Shown here: positions 19,608 through 30,493 of the stretch, piece after piece
Position numbering within the stretch: the stretch's first letter is position 1
How the letters are laid out: each line of letters begins with the position of its first letter
Assembly (NCBI GenBank): GCA_040387855.1
Contig: JAZKCY010000001.1
Location: 317,857-381,856 of the forward strand
DNA: 64,000 nucleotides
Direction: 5' to 3'
DNA from: Patescibacteria group bacterium
Lineage (GTDB): Bacteria; Patescibacteriota; Minisyncoccia; Phycocordibacterales; JAKAEA01
Position numbers and translations under genes: made by a program
Notes under the pieces: generated by a model
Database searches by the model: none
Told to the model about the DNA's origin: nothing
Seen by the model: only the letters and a program-made list of their open reading frames with translations

Positions 19608-19813
19608 CTTCTATGAACTAAATAACCAATAATATTTTGTATCACCGACTGTGATGTAATAAAAGACGCATATCTATCGTATATACTTACCACTGATTGT
19701 TTCAGACTATGTATAAAAAGTATTGTCAATAAAATAAAAAAAGCGCTCAAAGCTTGGAAGCCTGAGCGCTGGGTTTGTACAAAAAGGACGAAACGAAAGT
19801 TACTCGACGACGA

Positions 19814-20581
19814 TCACCTGTCCGGGTGGTGGTGCACGGGATTGAAGTCGCTGGGATCGGACCACCGGTTGGGACGATTGTTCTGGCCTTGTCCCTGACC
19901 TTGGCCTTGACCCTGCTGGTTGTTGACATTGACACCGACGTTGTTGTTCACGCCGACGCCTTGATGATTGCGGTTGGTGGCCACAGCGTGGTTGTTGTTG
20001 TTCACCACAGGCCCTCCCACACGTACTTGGGGGGCTGAGTTGGCGTTGCCACCGGTTGCTCGAGAGCTACCGCCAGCACCACCTTGACCTCCCGTGCCAC
20101 CATCTCCACCGTTTCCACCAGCACCGCCGGTACCCGATCCACCGGAACCACCGTTGCCAGTGCCACCAGTTGCATTGCCACCGTTGACCTTGGTGACGTT
20201 GTTGTATCGGGCGGGATCCTCGACGGCTTTGCCGAGGACATAGGCTGTACCCGTTACAGCTCCTGGCAGGACATTTGCCCCGACTCCTCGATCTGTGGAC
20301 ACGGCGGTTGCCGTGATCACCATCGGAGGAGCCAGGAGGCGATCTGCCGGCTGTGTTGTCGCGACAGCTGGCTGATGGACCGTGGATCGCACGACGCTTT
20401 GGTGCGACTCCATGATGATCCCGTTTTGGCCCCATGGGTTGGTGAACTCGGCGACGGTAACCTCCTTGACGGAGCCGTCGGCCATGATCATGGGGTCCGA
20501 CTTGTACACCTTCAGCTTCGCGCAGCCGCTCGCGAGCGCAATGCTCGCGAGCAGCGCATACAGCACGATTTTGCTGTTCAT
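19814..20581 (-). CDS. Gly/Asn-rich lipoprotein (GC-rich, SD-led class)
   Basis: Signal peptide with lipobox LASGC, GGxGG and QG repeats, SD AAGGAGGT. Confidence 0.8.
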   Translation of the reverse strand: MNSKIVLYALLASIALASGCAKLKVYKSDPMIMADGSVKEVTVAEFTNPWGQNGIIMESHQSVVRSTVHQPAVATTQPADRLLAPPMVITATAVSTDRGVGANVLPGAVTGTAYVLGKAVEDPARYNNVTKVNGGNATGGTGNGGSGGSGTGGAGGNGGDGGTGGQGGAGGSSRATGGNANSAPQVRVGGPVVNNNNHAVATNRNHQGVGVNNNVGVNVNNQQGQGQGQGQGQNNRPNRWSDPSDFNPVHHHPDR

Positions 20582-20613
20582 GTGACCTCCTTGGGTCTTG
20601 GGTTAAGGGTCTG

Positions 20614-22473
20614 TTACTTCACGTTTTCGATGACGCGAACTTTGCCTGGGACGTTGATCCATCCACTGCCTGGTGGCTGATTGGGATCCCGGTACATTGT
20701 GTGCTCCGGAAACTCGAAGATCTCACCGCGGGTGCTACGGCCAAGGTATTGGCCATGTGCGTCTACGATGGGAACTAGTTCACGGAGATTGTATCGCGAA
20801 TCAAACATCGCCACTCCCAGCAAGTTCACAGGATGGTCACCGGATTCGTGAAGCCGGTTCCTGTAGAACACTCGTTGCCCACGTGGCTCGATGTGGACCA
20901 CATCGCTGACGAACTTGCTCTCGTCTACGTCGATGCTCTTTCCATCGGGAGCTGTGGTCACCGGAGCAATCCTGCGGGGTTCCCCAATAAAAACGGCCCC
21001 CGATCCCGTGGATCGGGTGGAGGCCATGGCGGGCGGCGGGGTCACCGTCCTGGTTGGGTTGGTGGTCGCTGCGACGCTCGGCTCGGCCGACGGCACCGTG
21101 GTGCCGTCGGCCGGAGCCGGGGTTGTGGGAACGGGGGAAACAGAAGCTCCGGGACCCGTGGGACCCGAAGTCGGAGGTGCTACTTCGAACATCTCCTTTG
21201 GCGCGTTGCCGAAGGTCATGACCGACGCCTCGAAGGGCGTGAGCTGCGAACCGTTCTTGAAGGTCAGCGCAACCCACTTCTTGCTGGACCGGCGCTGGAA
21301 GTCGTCGACCACCTTGTCGGTGAGCGTGACAACCATGGCCGAACCGCCGTAAGGGATCGTAAGACCCCGAACATGCGGCTCGGCACGCAGGACGATGTGA
21401 GCACCGTCAGGCAAGCCTGAGATACTCGCGACGGCCGGGACATGATCCGGGTGAAGGTTCGACATGCGAACTTCCTTCAACTGGTTCTTGTCGATGAGCG
21501 TCGGCCTTCCTGCCTCGGTCTCGCGGAACAGGATCTGCCACTGATCGTAGGGCAGGCCTTCGTGGTACACGACCGGCATCTCGCTCGGCTTGGGCGGCGG
21601 CGCCACCGCGAGGAGCGGGGGCGTCTTGGCCTTGGGCTTCGGCTTGTCCTCACCACGATCGGGCGTACCGGTCGGGGTGGGTGAGCCTGGCGGGACCGAA
21701 CCTGGTCCGGTAGCCGGCCGGCTTGTGGGCCGGCCGCTCTTGATGCGAGGCGCCGTGGGGTCGGGATCGGAGGGCGTGCCACCGATCTTGTCCTTCACGA
21801 GCTTCACATCATCCGCGACCTTGTCGACTCGGGAGCCAAGCGCGCCGACCTTGTCGTCGACCTTCTTGTCTCCAGCATCCACGTACTCCTTATGAGTCAT
21901 TGGATTGCCTGGCTTCGTACCCTCCATCTCGATCTCCGAGCGGAGCTTGAGGTACTCCTTCCACTCGGAGGGCTGAGTCGGCACGGGTGCGGCGGGGACC
22001 ACGTTCACCGGCGGCGTATCGTTGGAGGGCGCCTTCTTGGCGTTCCACCAGTCGATGCCCGCAGTGATCAGCATGTAGAGGATGACGGCCAGGAGCACCG
22101 CACCGATGATGATGAACCACCTCAGGTTGCGCTGCCACCAGGTCTGGAGTTCGACCGGGTCCGACGAGGCCGGGCCGCCGACGATCGTGTCGTCGGGTCG
22201 CGGCGGGGTAGCGGCGGGGTCGGCGTACTGCCAGGCCTGCACCTTGTAGGTCACCTCGGGGTCCTCCTTGCTCAGGAGCTTGTTGACCTTGTCGGTGAAC
22301 TTGGTGCCGGTGATCTGCCTGTTCGGCAGTGGCGGGGTGGGGCGGTCGCTGGCCTGGCCGGTACGGGTGACGATGTAGTAGTCGGCATCGGGAACGGGTT
22401 CCCAGCTGACCTTCACAACGTTCCCGTGCTGCGTGGCTTCGACGAGCTCCGGGGTAACGAGATTCGTGGGCAT
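20614..22473 (-). CDS. Fibronectin-III-like domain + TM + Pro-rich protein (GC-rich, SD-led class)
   Basis: VKVSWEPVPDADYYIVTR...FTD...YKVQA FN3 pattern, TM at about aa 118-140, SD AAGGAG. Confidence 0.78.
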   Translation of the reverse strand: MPTNLVTPELVEATQHGNVVKVSWEPVPDADYYIVTRTGQASDRPTPPLPNRQITGTKFTDKVNKLLSKEDPEVTYKVQAWQYADPAATPPRPDDTIVGGPASSDPVELQTWWQRNLRWFIIIGAVLLAVILYMLITAGIDWWNAKKAPSNDTPPVNVVPAAPVPTQPSEWKEYLKLRSEIEMEGTKPGNPMTHKEYVDAGDKKVDDKVGALGSRVDKVADDVKLVKDKIGGTPSDPDPTAPRIKSGRPTSRPATGPGSVPPGSPTPTGTPDRGEDKPKPKAKTPPLLAVAPPPKPSEMPVVYHEGLPYDQWQILFRETEAGRPTLIDKNQLKEVRMSNLHPDHVPAVASISGLPDGAHIVLRAEPHVRGLTIPYGGSAMVVTLTDKVVDDFQRRSSKKWVALTFKNGSQLTPFEASVMTFGNAPKEMFEVAPPTSGPTGPGASVSPVPTTPAPADGTTVPSAEPSVAATTNPTRTVTPPPAMASTRSTGSGAVFIGEPRRIAPVTTAPDGKSIDVDESKFVSDVVHIEPRGQRVFYRNRLHESGDHPVNLLGVAMFDSRYNLRELVPIVDAHGQYLGRSTRGEIFEFPEHTMYRDPNQPPGSGWINVPGKVRVIENVK

Positions 22474-22762
22474 TGCATGCTCCTTCTAAGAGGGGGTGCG
22501 GTTGCGTGTTCGTGTTCCACAGCTATGCCAACAAGGCACAGCCGTAACTTTCTATTCTGTTGTCAAACCTCTTTTCTCCCTGCCACAATGGCCGGGAAAT
22601 AAAAAAGAGGCTTCAATAGCCTGTGCATAATTATGCACTTTTTTATGAATTTGTCAAGCGACTTTCGTTGAGCTCTACTATAAGGACGTATAACACGCCA
22701 AATACTTATATACAGCAGAGTCTGTTATATGGCTAATATTAATAGTATTTAAGATGCTTACT

Positions 22763-22788
22763 CGTAAGCTTGAGTAGACTTTATCGTC
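22763..22788 (+). promoter_or_regulatory. ECF-type promoter motif CGTAA-N17-CGTC
   Basis: Recurring motif upstream of 22847. Confidence 0.6.
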
Positions 22789-22846
22789 TCTAGATAGGTA
22801 AGGTATATGATAGTTAGAATTTACTCATAAAAAACCTTTATACGTT

Positions 22847-23530
22847 ATGGATCAAACAACTGGTTATTTTACAAATTTGGGTGATGTAACTGCTGCGTCT
22901 CTTCAGACTGCATGGTTTAATCTATTGCAGCATCTCCCAAAGATTATTGGAGCACTACTCATCCTCATTATTGGATGGATTGTAGCAAGCGTTATTGGTG
23001 GACTTGTAAAAAGAGTTGTTCGCGCAACTGGCTTGGATGAAGTTGTTGAAAGATCACAACTTAATCAAAAGCTTCGAGTGAGTGGTAAGTATAAATTGTT
23101 GTCTGGAATGATCGGTGAATTTGTGAAGTGGTTTATCATAATTGTTGTACTTATTGCTGCAGCAAATACCTTAAACCTCCCACAAGTAACTGAGTTCTTT
23201 AACGCAATTGCACTCTATATTCCTCGAGCAATTGTTGCAGTGATCATACTTGTCGTTGGATTACTCCTTGGTGAATTTGTTGCCAACCTTGTTCGTGGAG
23301 GACTTGAAGCATCAAAACTTCCAGTGCGTCACAAGCAAACCCTCGGTTCAGTTGCAAAGTACGCTATCATTGTATTTTCAATCATGGCTGCTCTTGTTCA
23401 ACTCAACATTGTGCCTGAACTCATTCAGATTCTTTTTGGTGGATTTGTGTTAGCACTTGCTCTTGCCTTTGGTCTTGGAGGTAGAGAAGAGGCTGCACGA
23501 TTTTTGGCTAGTTTCCGACAAGAACGTTAA
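22847..23530 (+). CDS. Conserved TM-helix repeat protein (MscS-associated/CmpX-like)
   Basis: LPKIIGALLILIIGW, YIPRAIVAVII, ALAFGLGGRE. Confidence 0.85.
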   Translation: MDQTTGYFTNLGDVTAASLQTAWFNLLQHLPKIIGALLILIIGWIVASVIGGLVKRVVRATGLDEVVERSQLNQKLRVSGKYKLLSGMIGEFVKWFIIIVVLIAAANTLNLPQVTEFFNAIALYIPRAIVAVIILVVGLLLGEFVANLVRGGLEASKLPVRHKQTLGSVAKYAIIVFSIMAALVQLNIVPELIQILFGGFVLALALAFGLGGREEAARFLASFRQER

Positions 23531-23651
23531 GACATCTCACTCAGTATAAAGATGAACCTCGCAGAAATGTGGGGTTTAATCTTTGTATATAATGCTGAGT
23601 CTGTCCATAGACTAATCTTCCAAAAAATGGTACTGTATTATTCCTGTTCAT

Positions 23652-25136
23652 ATGTCTAAAAAATTAAACATAGCTCATATAGCTTCAGAAGTGGAGCCAT
23701 TTTCAAAGAGTGGTGGCCTGGCCAATGTGCTCAGTTCGCTTCCAAAAGCTCATAAAGAATTGGGGTATGACGTAATTGTAATCACTCCGCTTTTTGAACA
23801 CATCATTGATCCAAAAACTTTGGAACTTATTGGTGCTGCAGAAACAATTGAATTGAGTGAAGGTATATACGAGAAGGTAAGTTTCTACCGAGGCTATATA
23901 GATAATCTTGTTCCTGTATATTTCATTCAAAATCAAAAATACCTTAGTGATCTTAAAATATTGTATGGAGCAGAAAATGATAATGCGCGATTTATGTTGT
24001 TTAACGTTGCCGCATTGCATCTCATAAAAAAACTGGAATTTAAAGCAGACATTATTCAATGTCATGATTGGCATTCGGGTCTCGTTCCATATTTTCTCAA
24101 GGGTAGATATAAAAAAGATGAATTTTGGAAAGATACATCAACACTTTTTACGATTCACAATCTAACCTATCAGCTGGGACACAACTGGTGGGATATCCCT
24201 TCAGAAGAAAGAGATGACGGCCGATCATCATTACCAAAATTTGATGATCCAGCACTTGAAAAAGTAAACTTTGCAAAACGCGCAATTATATATGCAGATG
24301 CAATTAACGCTGTTTCTGAAACATATAGAGAAGAAATCATGACCAAGGACTTTGGTCAGGAATTAAATCGCGTACTCAAAAATCGAGAAAAGCGCGTGTT
24401 TGGAATTGTAAACGGGATTGATTACAACGAGTTTAATCCACTTACCGATCCAGGACTCATTCAGCACTATAGTGATAAGTCTGTACAAAGAAAACGTACA
24501 AATAAAAAATGGCTTCAAAAATTCTATAAGCTTACCGTCAATCCAGATATTCCACTTATCTGCATGACATCTCGAATTACAGAACAAAAAGGTTTTAAGC
24601 TTTTGATGAACATCATAAAGCTAATACTCAGATTTGAAGTCCAGATTATTATTATGGGAGATGGAGATAAGGAGATGGTGAGTTATTTTGAGAAGGTTCA
24701 AAAAGAATTCCCAAAGCAATTAGTTATAGTTCCATTCGATCACGAAAAAGAAACACTGTATTATGCTGCTTCAGATATCTTTCTACTACCTTCTCGATTT
24801 GAACCATGTGGAATCAATCAAATGATTGCACTTCGCTATGGATGTATTCCTGTGGTTCACCATATTGGGGGACTTGCAGATACTATTGTCGATTATGATC
24901 CACTTAAAAAGAGTGGAAACGGATTTACTTTCAAACGCTATAGCGCAGTCAATTTGCTTGTCGCCATTGTACGAGCTCTTGAGACTTTCAAGCACAAGCG
25001 AGCATGGAAAGAATTAACAATATCTAGTCTACGAGAAGCTAATTCATGGCTGCTTCCTGCATTTAAGTATATTGATTTGTATGAAACTACAATCAAGCTC
25101 AAACGTCGTTCAGATAGAGAGGATAAACAAAAATAA
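23652..25136 (+). CDS. glgA: Glycogen synthase (GT5)
   Basis: SEVEPFSKSGGLA, CHDWH, GIVNGID, PSRFEPCGINQM. Confidence 0.93.
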   Translation: MSKKLNIAHIASEVEPFSKSGGLANVLSSLPKAHKELGYDVIVITPLFEHIIDPKTLELIGAAETIELSEGIYEKVSFYRGYIDNLVPVYFIQNQKYLSDLKILYGAENDNARFMLFNVAALHLIKKLEFKADIIQCHDWHSGLVPYFLKGRYKKDEFWKDTSTLFTIHNLTYQLGHNWWDIPSEERDDGRSSLPKFDDPALEKVNFAKRAIIYADAINAVSETYREEIMTKDFGQELNRVLKNREKRVFGIVNGIDYNEFNPLTDPGLIQHYSDKSVQRKRTNKKWLQKFYKLTVNPDIPLICMTSRITEQKGFKLLMNIIKLILRFEVQIIIMGDGDKEMVSYFEKVQKEFPKQLVIVPFDHEKETLYYAASDIFLLPSRFEPCGINQMIALRYGCIPVVHHIGGLADTIVDYDPLKKSGNGFTFKRYSAVNLLVAIVRALETFKHKRAWKELTISSLREANSWLLPAFKYIDLYETTIKLKRRSDREDKQK

Positions 25137-25139
25137 TAT

Positions 25140-26300
25140 ATGCTAACCTGGATTAATTTTCTTCATATTTACCAGCCTCCAACACAGTCAAAAGAGATTG
25201 TGGATTTAGTAGTGCGAGAAAGTTATGAAACTATTGTGAGGGTTCTTAATTCATATCCCAAATTAAAGATTACACTTAATATCTCAGGATCTCTTATTGA
25301 GTTGCTTGAAAAAAATGGCCATCAAAACTTGCTTGCTGATTTTAAAAAACTAGCAGAAGAAAAAAGAATAGAACTTGTAGGCAGTGCGATGTACCATCCG
25401 CTTTTAGCTCTATTGCCAGAGTCTGAAATTGTGCGCCAGATTGAATTGCATAATGAAATATCAAAGAGATACTTTGGTGATGCCTATAATCCGAAAGGAT
25501 TTTTCATTCCAGAAATGGCTTACAGTAAAAAAGTCGCAGATATTGTAGAAAAAATGGGATTTACATGGCTCATCTTGGATGGGATGCATGCTGCAAGCGT
25601 AACTCCAAACCCTGAAGTGCATTACACAATTGAAGGAACCAATCTCTCTGTGGTTTTTCGTGATCGAGAATTTTCAAAAACATTTCCACCTGAGTTTATT
25701 GTGGAGAACAAAGATAAGATACAGCATTCTGCTATCGTTATTGCTCATGATGGTGAATTGTATGGGCATTGGCACAAAGATGATCGTGGATACTATCAAA
25801 AAGCATTTCAGGAATCTGATATTCAGTTTAAGACAATATCAGACTACATTTCAGGATTACAAATCTCAGATACTATTAAAGTTCAGGAGGGAAGCTGGGA
25901 ATCACTGCCTGCTGAAATATCTGCAAATGTTCCGTACGCATTATGGAACAATCCAAGCAATATGATTCATTCTATGATGTGGTCATTTGCTCGCTTTGTT
26001 TTAACAACAATAGAACATCATTCGCAGGATCAAAATTATATATCATCACGGCATCTGCTAGATCAAGGATTGGCAAGTTGTGCTTGGTGGTGGGCTACAA
26101 GTGAAAAACTTGTTGCAACATCTCCTATTTGTTGGAACCCAACGGAAATAGAAAAAGGAGCTGCACTCATGCTTCTTGCATTGCGATCATTGCGTCATGC
26201 AGATGATGAAAAAATTATTGCTGAAAAAAGCTTTGGTGAATTGCGAACTCTTATTTGGATTACCCATTGGCAATATGAAAAGAATAATAAAATACTGTAA
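25140..26300 (+). CDS. Glycoside hydrolase family 57 protein
   Basis: HIYQP, YHPLLALLP, FFIPEMAY, HDGELYGH. Confidence 0.88.
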   Translation: MLTWINFLHIYQPPTQSKEIVDLVVRESYETIVRVLNSYPKLKITLNISGSLIELLEKNGHQNLLADFKKLAEEKRIELVGSAMYHPLLALLPESEIVRQIELHNEISKRYFGDAYNPKGFFIPEMAYSKKVADIVEKMGFTWLILDGMHAASVTPNPEVHYTIEGTNLSVVFRDREFSKTFPPEFIVENKDKIQHSAIVIAHDGELYGHWHKDDRGYYQKAFQESDIQFKTISDYISGLQISDTIKVQEGSWESLPAEISANVPYALWNNPSNMIHSMMWSFARFVLTTIEHHSQDQNYISSRHLLDQGLASCAWWWATSEKLVATSPICWNPTEIEKGAALMLLALRSLRHADDEKIIAEKSFGELRTLIWITHWQYEKNNKIL

Positions 26301-26321
26301 ATAAAATCGACGTTATACGTC
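26296..26321 (+). promoter_or_regulatory. ECF-type promoter motif TGTAA-N17-CGTC
   Basis: Internal promoter upstream of the GT2/GH13 genes. Confidence 0.55.
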
Positions 26322-26362
26322 GTAGAAACAGTAGAGAATTAACGCGGTAATTATCAGACACA

Positions 26363-27121
26363 ATGGAAAAGAAAGAAATGAAAATATCGGTAATTTCTAC
26401 AACATACAATAGAAAAGATCTACTAAAACAAACTATCGAGAGTGTGCAAAAGTCGATTGTGGCTCCTTTAGATTCTGTTGAATTTGAGCATATTATATAC
26501 GACGATGCCTCAACTGATGGAACTGAGGAATTATTTAAAGATAATCCTTGGAAAAACGTAAAATATATTCGAGGAGAAGAAAACAAAGGACCTTCATATG
26601 GCCGCAATAGAGCAATAGAGGCATGTACAGGGGACTATATTTTTCTCATTGATAGTGATGACATAATCCTTCAGCGAACGCTTCATAATTTTGCTATCTG
26701 TGCATTAGAACATCCTCAGACACAATGGTTTGTATCTTCATTTTTGCATGTTGATAATGATCTCAAGTACATCGTTGGAGATGATTACTACACATGGAAT
26801 TTTAAGGATACTCATGAAATGCTTACTGCTATTTTTAAAGGAGAACACTTTATACAAAGCAGTGTGTTCTTTACTAAAGATATATTCTTTAAAGCAGGTA
26901 TGTTTGATGAGAATTTGTCGATGGGAGAAGATTTAGACTTCTTTATTAGAGTTCTACTATTGGACGAAATGCCAAAGTTTGAAGCATTTATATCACATCT
27001 ACACCGGTTCCATACTTCAAATCTTTCAGATGGCATAACAAAGGAAAAGCATTTGAAACAAATTGATTTCTTCCGAGAAAAATATTCTGCTGAGCTTGCA
27101 AAGGCACAAATAAAAGTTTAA
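26363..27121 (+). CDS. Glycosyltransferase family 2
   Basis: TYNR, DDASTD, IDSDD, GEDLD. Confidence 0.9.
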   Translation: MEKKEMKISVISTTYNRKDLLKQTIESVQKSIVAPLDSVEFEHIIYDDASTDGTEELFKDNPWKNVKYIRGEENKGPSYGRNRAIEACTGDYIFLIDSDDIILQRTLHNFAICALEHPQTQWFVSSFLHVDNDLKYIVGDDYYTWNFKDTHEMLTAIFKGEHFIQSSVFFTKDIFFKAGMFDENLSMGEDLDFFIRVLLLDEMPKFEAFISHLHRFHTSNLSDGITKEKHLKQIDFFREKYSAELAKAQIKV

Positions 27122-27135
27122 AACAGATACATCAT

Positions 27136-28752
27136 ATGGAGAAAAAAGTACCTTGGTATAAAAATTCTGTAGTCTATCAAATTTATCCTTGGAGTTTTAA
27201 GGACTCAAACGGTGATGGTATTGGAGATATCCAAGGAATTATTGAAAAACTCGACTATCTTAATGACGGTACTGAAAAATCTCTTGGAGTAGGAGCAATT
27301 TGGCTTTCGCCAATTTATAAATCACCCATGAAAGATTATGGGTATGATATTTCTGACTTCTACGCCATTGATTCTCGTTTTGGAACAATGGAAGATTTCT
27401 ATGATATGACTGTCGAAGCTCATCGACGTGGTATTAGAGTTATTATGGACTTTGTAACAAGTCATACATCGTCGGAACATCCATGGTTTACAGAATCCAG
27501 ATCTTCAAAAAATAATCCCAAACGCGATTGGTATGTATGGCGCAATCCAAAACCTGATGGTTCACCTCCAAACAATTGGATAAGTGTTTTCGGTGGTCCT
27601 GCATGGACGTATGATGAATTTACAGGACAGTATTATCTCCATCACTTTTTGAAAGATCAACCTGATCTCAATTGGCGAAATCCTGAAGTGCGAGAAGAAA
27701 TGAAACGAATTTTGGATTTTTGGATGCATCGAGGGGTAGATGGCTTCCGTGTGGATGCAATCAGTCACTTCATCGAAGATGCCGAATTTAGAGACAATCC
27801 ATTAAATGAATCTTATCGAGAAGGAAAAGATCATCCGTATTCAAAGTATCTTCATAAATACAGTAAGGATCAACCAGAGCTTAAAGAAGTAGTAGAACTT
27901 TTGTGTGACACGCTTGATAACCATGAAGAAAAATTTGTAGTGAGTGAAGCTCATCTTGGCGTGAAGGATCTTGTAAATGTGTACAAATATTCTCAAAAGA
28001 AAATTCATGCGCCATTCAATTTCAATCTCATCAACATGAGATGGAGTGCGCATGCATACAAAAAGTTTATTGATTCATTTGATGCATTGCTTGGTGAAGA
28101 TGAAATTCCAACATATGTATTGGGCAATCACGATCAGCCACGATTAGCCTCACGTGTTGATTCTAAACGGGCACGAACACTTGCAATGCTTTTACTTACC
28201 GTGAAAGGCATGCCCTTTATTTACTATGGTGAAGAGCTTGGTCTTAAGAGTGTAAAAATTCCACAGCATAAATTGAAAGATGCGTTTTCAATTCAAACAA
28301 GTAAGAAGCATTCAAGTCGTGATCCTGAGCGAACCCCAATGCAATGGAATGAAGAAAAGTATGCTGGATTTTCATATGCCGAACCTTGGTTACCTCTTTC
28401 TCGAACATATAAAGAAAACAATGTAGAAAAACAACAAAAAGATTCAACTTCAATGTTTAGTCTCTACAGTAAACTTATACACTTTAGGAATAATTCTCAA
28501 GCATTAATCGAAGGCAGCTATAAGTCTTTGTCTACAGTATCAAAGAAAGTTTATGCATACATACGTGAATATAAAGATGAAAAGATATTGACAATACTTA
28601 ACTTTTCGAAAGATTCTGTAACTGAATCATTTGATTTCTCAAAAGCTGAAATTATTTGTTCAACGTATATGGATACAAAGAAAAAGCAAAAGTTAGATGG
28701 GGAAGGACTCACCTTACGTCCATACGAAGGATACATCATAAAGATTTCGTAA
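27136..28752 (+). CDS. GH13 alpha-glucosidase/oligo-1,6-glucosidase
   Basis: YQIYPWSFKDSNGDGIGD, QPDLNW, GFRVDA, GNHD, RDPERTPMQW. Confidence 0.92.
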   Translation: MEKKVPWYKNSVVYQIYPWSFKDSNGDGIGDIQGIIEKLDYLNDGTEKSLGVGAIWLSPIYKSPMKDYGYDISDFYAIDSRFGTMEDFYDMTVEAHRRGIRVIMDFVTSHTSSEHPWFTESRSSKNNPKRDWYVWRNPKPDGSPPNNWISVFGGPAWTYDEFTGQYYLHHFLKDQPDLNWRNPEVREEMKRILDFWMHRGVDGFRVDAISHFIEDAEFRDNPLNESYREGKDHPYSKYLHKYSKDQPELKEVVELLCDTLDNHEEKFVVSEAHLGVKDLVNVYKYSQKKIHAPFNFNLINMRWSAHAYKKFIDSFDALLGEDEIPTYVLGNHDQPRLASRVDSKRARTLAMLLLTVKGMPFIYYGEELGLKSVKIPQHKLKDAFSIQTSKKHSSRDPERTPMQWNEEKYAGFSYAEPWLPLSRTYKENNVEKQQKDSTSMFSLYSKLIHFRNNSQALIEGSYKSLSTVSKKVYAYIREYKDEKILTILNFSKDSVTESFDFSKAEIICSTYMDTKKKQKLDGEGLTLRPYEGYIIKIS

Positions 28753-28770
28753 TTATGATTGAGGAAAAAA

Positions 28771-30450
28771 TTACTTTCGCTTAAACATTTTATCAAGTTC
28801 GTTCATGCTCACTTCAATATGAGTAGGACGGCCGTGTGGACAGGTGTATCCGGCTGGGCATGCCAATAATTTCTCAAGTAATCTTTTGCGCTCGTCAGGT
28901 GCAAGGGGATCTCCTGCTTTTACTGCAGTTCGACACGCCATAAATGCTAATGTCCTTTCTGTTGTTCTATCAAGCTTTGATCCTGAATTTCTCCCTTCAC
29001 GCATATCATTAATAAATTCAGAGATTAGTTCTTTATAATTTCTATCTTTAAATACGTCAGGAACTGCACAAAGCTTAAATGTATTTACACCAAACAAACT
29101 AATATCAAAACCAAGCTTTTGGAGTGTCTCAGCATGCTCATCTAAAATTATAGAATCAGAAGCTGGAAGGTTTATAAGTAGTGATTCAGGTAATTCAAAC
29201 ACAGCTCCCGTTGCATGTGAATTTCTAAATGCTTCTTTAAACTGCTCAAATAAAATACGTTCGTGCGCTGCATGTTGATCTACAAGTAAAATGCCATCAG
29301 CTGTTGGCGCTACTAAATATAAATTGTGAAGCTGAGAAATCTCCTGCATATTTTCAGGCTTTAGATTCCATGGAGTTACCATATCTTTAAGCATGTCGGC
29401 AGTAGATCCATCCATGCCTCGTTCTTTCATAAAATCACTACTTATTTTTTTATAGGTTATATTATTATTTTTGAGTGTAGTTACAACAGCTTCTTCGCAC
29501 AATTCTAAGATATTCTTTGGATAGGCAAAAGCAACTTCTTCTTTTCGAGGATGAACATTTACATCAACACTTTCATAGGGAAGCTCAAGAGATACTACAA
29601 ACACCGCATGGGTTCGTGGCTCAATGAGGGATCCAAAACTTTCTGTCACTGTGCGTGAGATAGGAAGGTGAGTAATACTTCTATTATTTACAAATAGATA
29701 TTGGTGAGCTCGTGAAGATCCTGCAAGTTGGGGTTTACCAATGAAGCCATTTAGTCTTCCATACTGAGATTCATGAGTAATTGGCATCATCTGCATTCCA
29801 ATATCATCACCTAATAATGCATGAATCCGTTCTTGTAGATTTTGTTCTTTTGGAACATTTACAATAACGTTCCCATCGTGCTCAAGGATGAAGCCAACTC
29901 GAGGAAATGATAAAGCGATTGTGGTAATAGCATCTACTATGTGACGTAGCTCGGTACGGCTATCTTTCACAAATTTTTTTCGTGCTGGAATTGTTGAGAA
30001 TAAATCTTTAATTTCTATTTCAGTTCCTACTGGGATTCCAGCAGAGCTAAGTGTTGGCTCTTGAAAGGGAATTAGCTCAACCATGTATCCATGCTCAGCA
30101 TCTGTTTTTCTGCTTTTTATAGTCATGTGAGACACAGCAGCAATACTTGAAAGTGCTTCACCTCGAAAACCAAATGATTGAATAGTATCCAAATCTTTTT
30201 CAGTAGTTATTTTACTAGTTGTATGAGGCAGAAAACATATTTCCAAATCTTCTTTGCTCATGCCTTTGCCATCATCTTTTACAACAATCTTTTTTAATCC
30301 GCCTTGTTCTAAGATTATTTGAATATATGTTGCACCTGCATCAAGAGAATTTTCAACTAGTTCTTTAATAGCGGATGCAGGACGATCAACTACTTCACCA
30401 GCAGCAATCTTTGAAACAATATGATGGGGAAGGTGATTGATAGTTTTCAT
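28771..30450 (-). CDS. mutL: DNA mismatch repair protein MutL
   Basis: IAAGEVVDRP, GFRGEAL, DVNVHP, DQHAAHERILFE, CPHGRP. Confidence 0.96.
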   Translation of the reverse strand: MKTINHLPHHIVSKIAAGEVVDRPASAIKELVENSLDAGATYIQIILEQGGLKKIVVKDDGKGMSKEDLEICFLPHTTSKITTEKDLDTIQSFGFRGEALSSIAAVSHMTIKSRKTDAEHGYMVELIPFQEPTLSSAGIPVGTEIEIKDLFSTIPARKKFVKDSRTELRHIVDAITTIALSFPRVGFILEHDGNVIVNVPKEQNLQERIHALLGDDIGMQMMPITHESQYGRLNGFIGKPQLAGSSRAHQYLFVNNRSITHLPISRTVTESFGSLIEPRTHAVFVVSLELPYESVDVNVHPRKEEVAFAYPKNILELCEEAVVTTLKNNNITYKKISSDFMKERGMDGSTADMLKDMVTPWNLKPENMQEISQLHNLYLVAPTADGILLVDQHAAHERILFEQFKEAFRNSHATGAVFELPESLLINLPASDSIILDEHAETLQKLGFDISLFGVNTFKLCAVPDVFKDRNYKELISEFINDMREGRNSGSKLDRTTERTLAFMACRTAVKAGDPLAPDERKRLLEKLLACPAGYTCPHGRPTHIEVSMNELDKMFKRK

Positions 30451-30493
30451 GAAGTAGAATCATTATAATATAACAAAAGTTGCTATATAAAAT

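Noticed and set aside
19484-19750. 88-aa minus-strand ORF in the track
   Set aside because: It runs through a terminator and promoter region. The 19440..19607 frame fits the flanking signals better.
19775-22602. Many plus-strand ORFs over the GC-rich operon
   Set aside because: Shadow frames of the two minus-strand genes, with no recognisable motifs.
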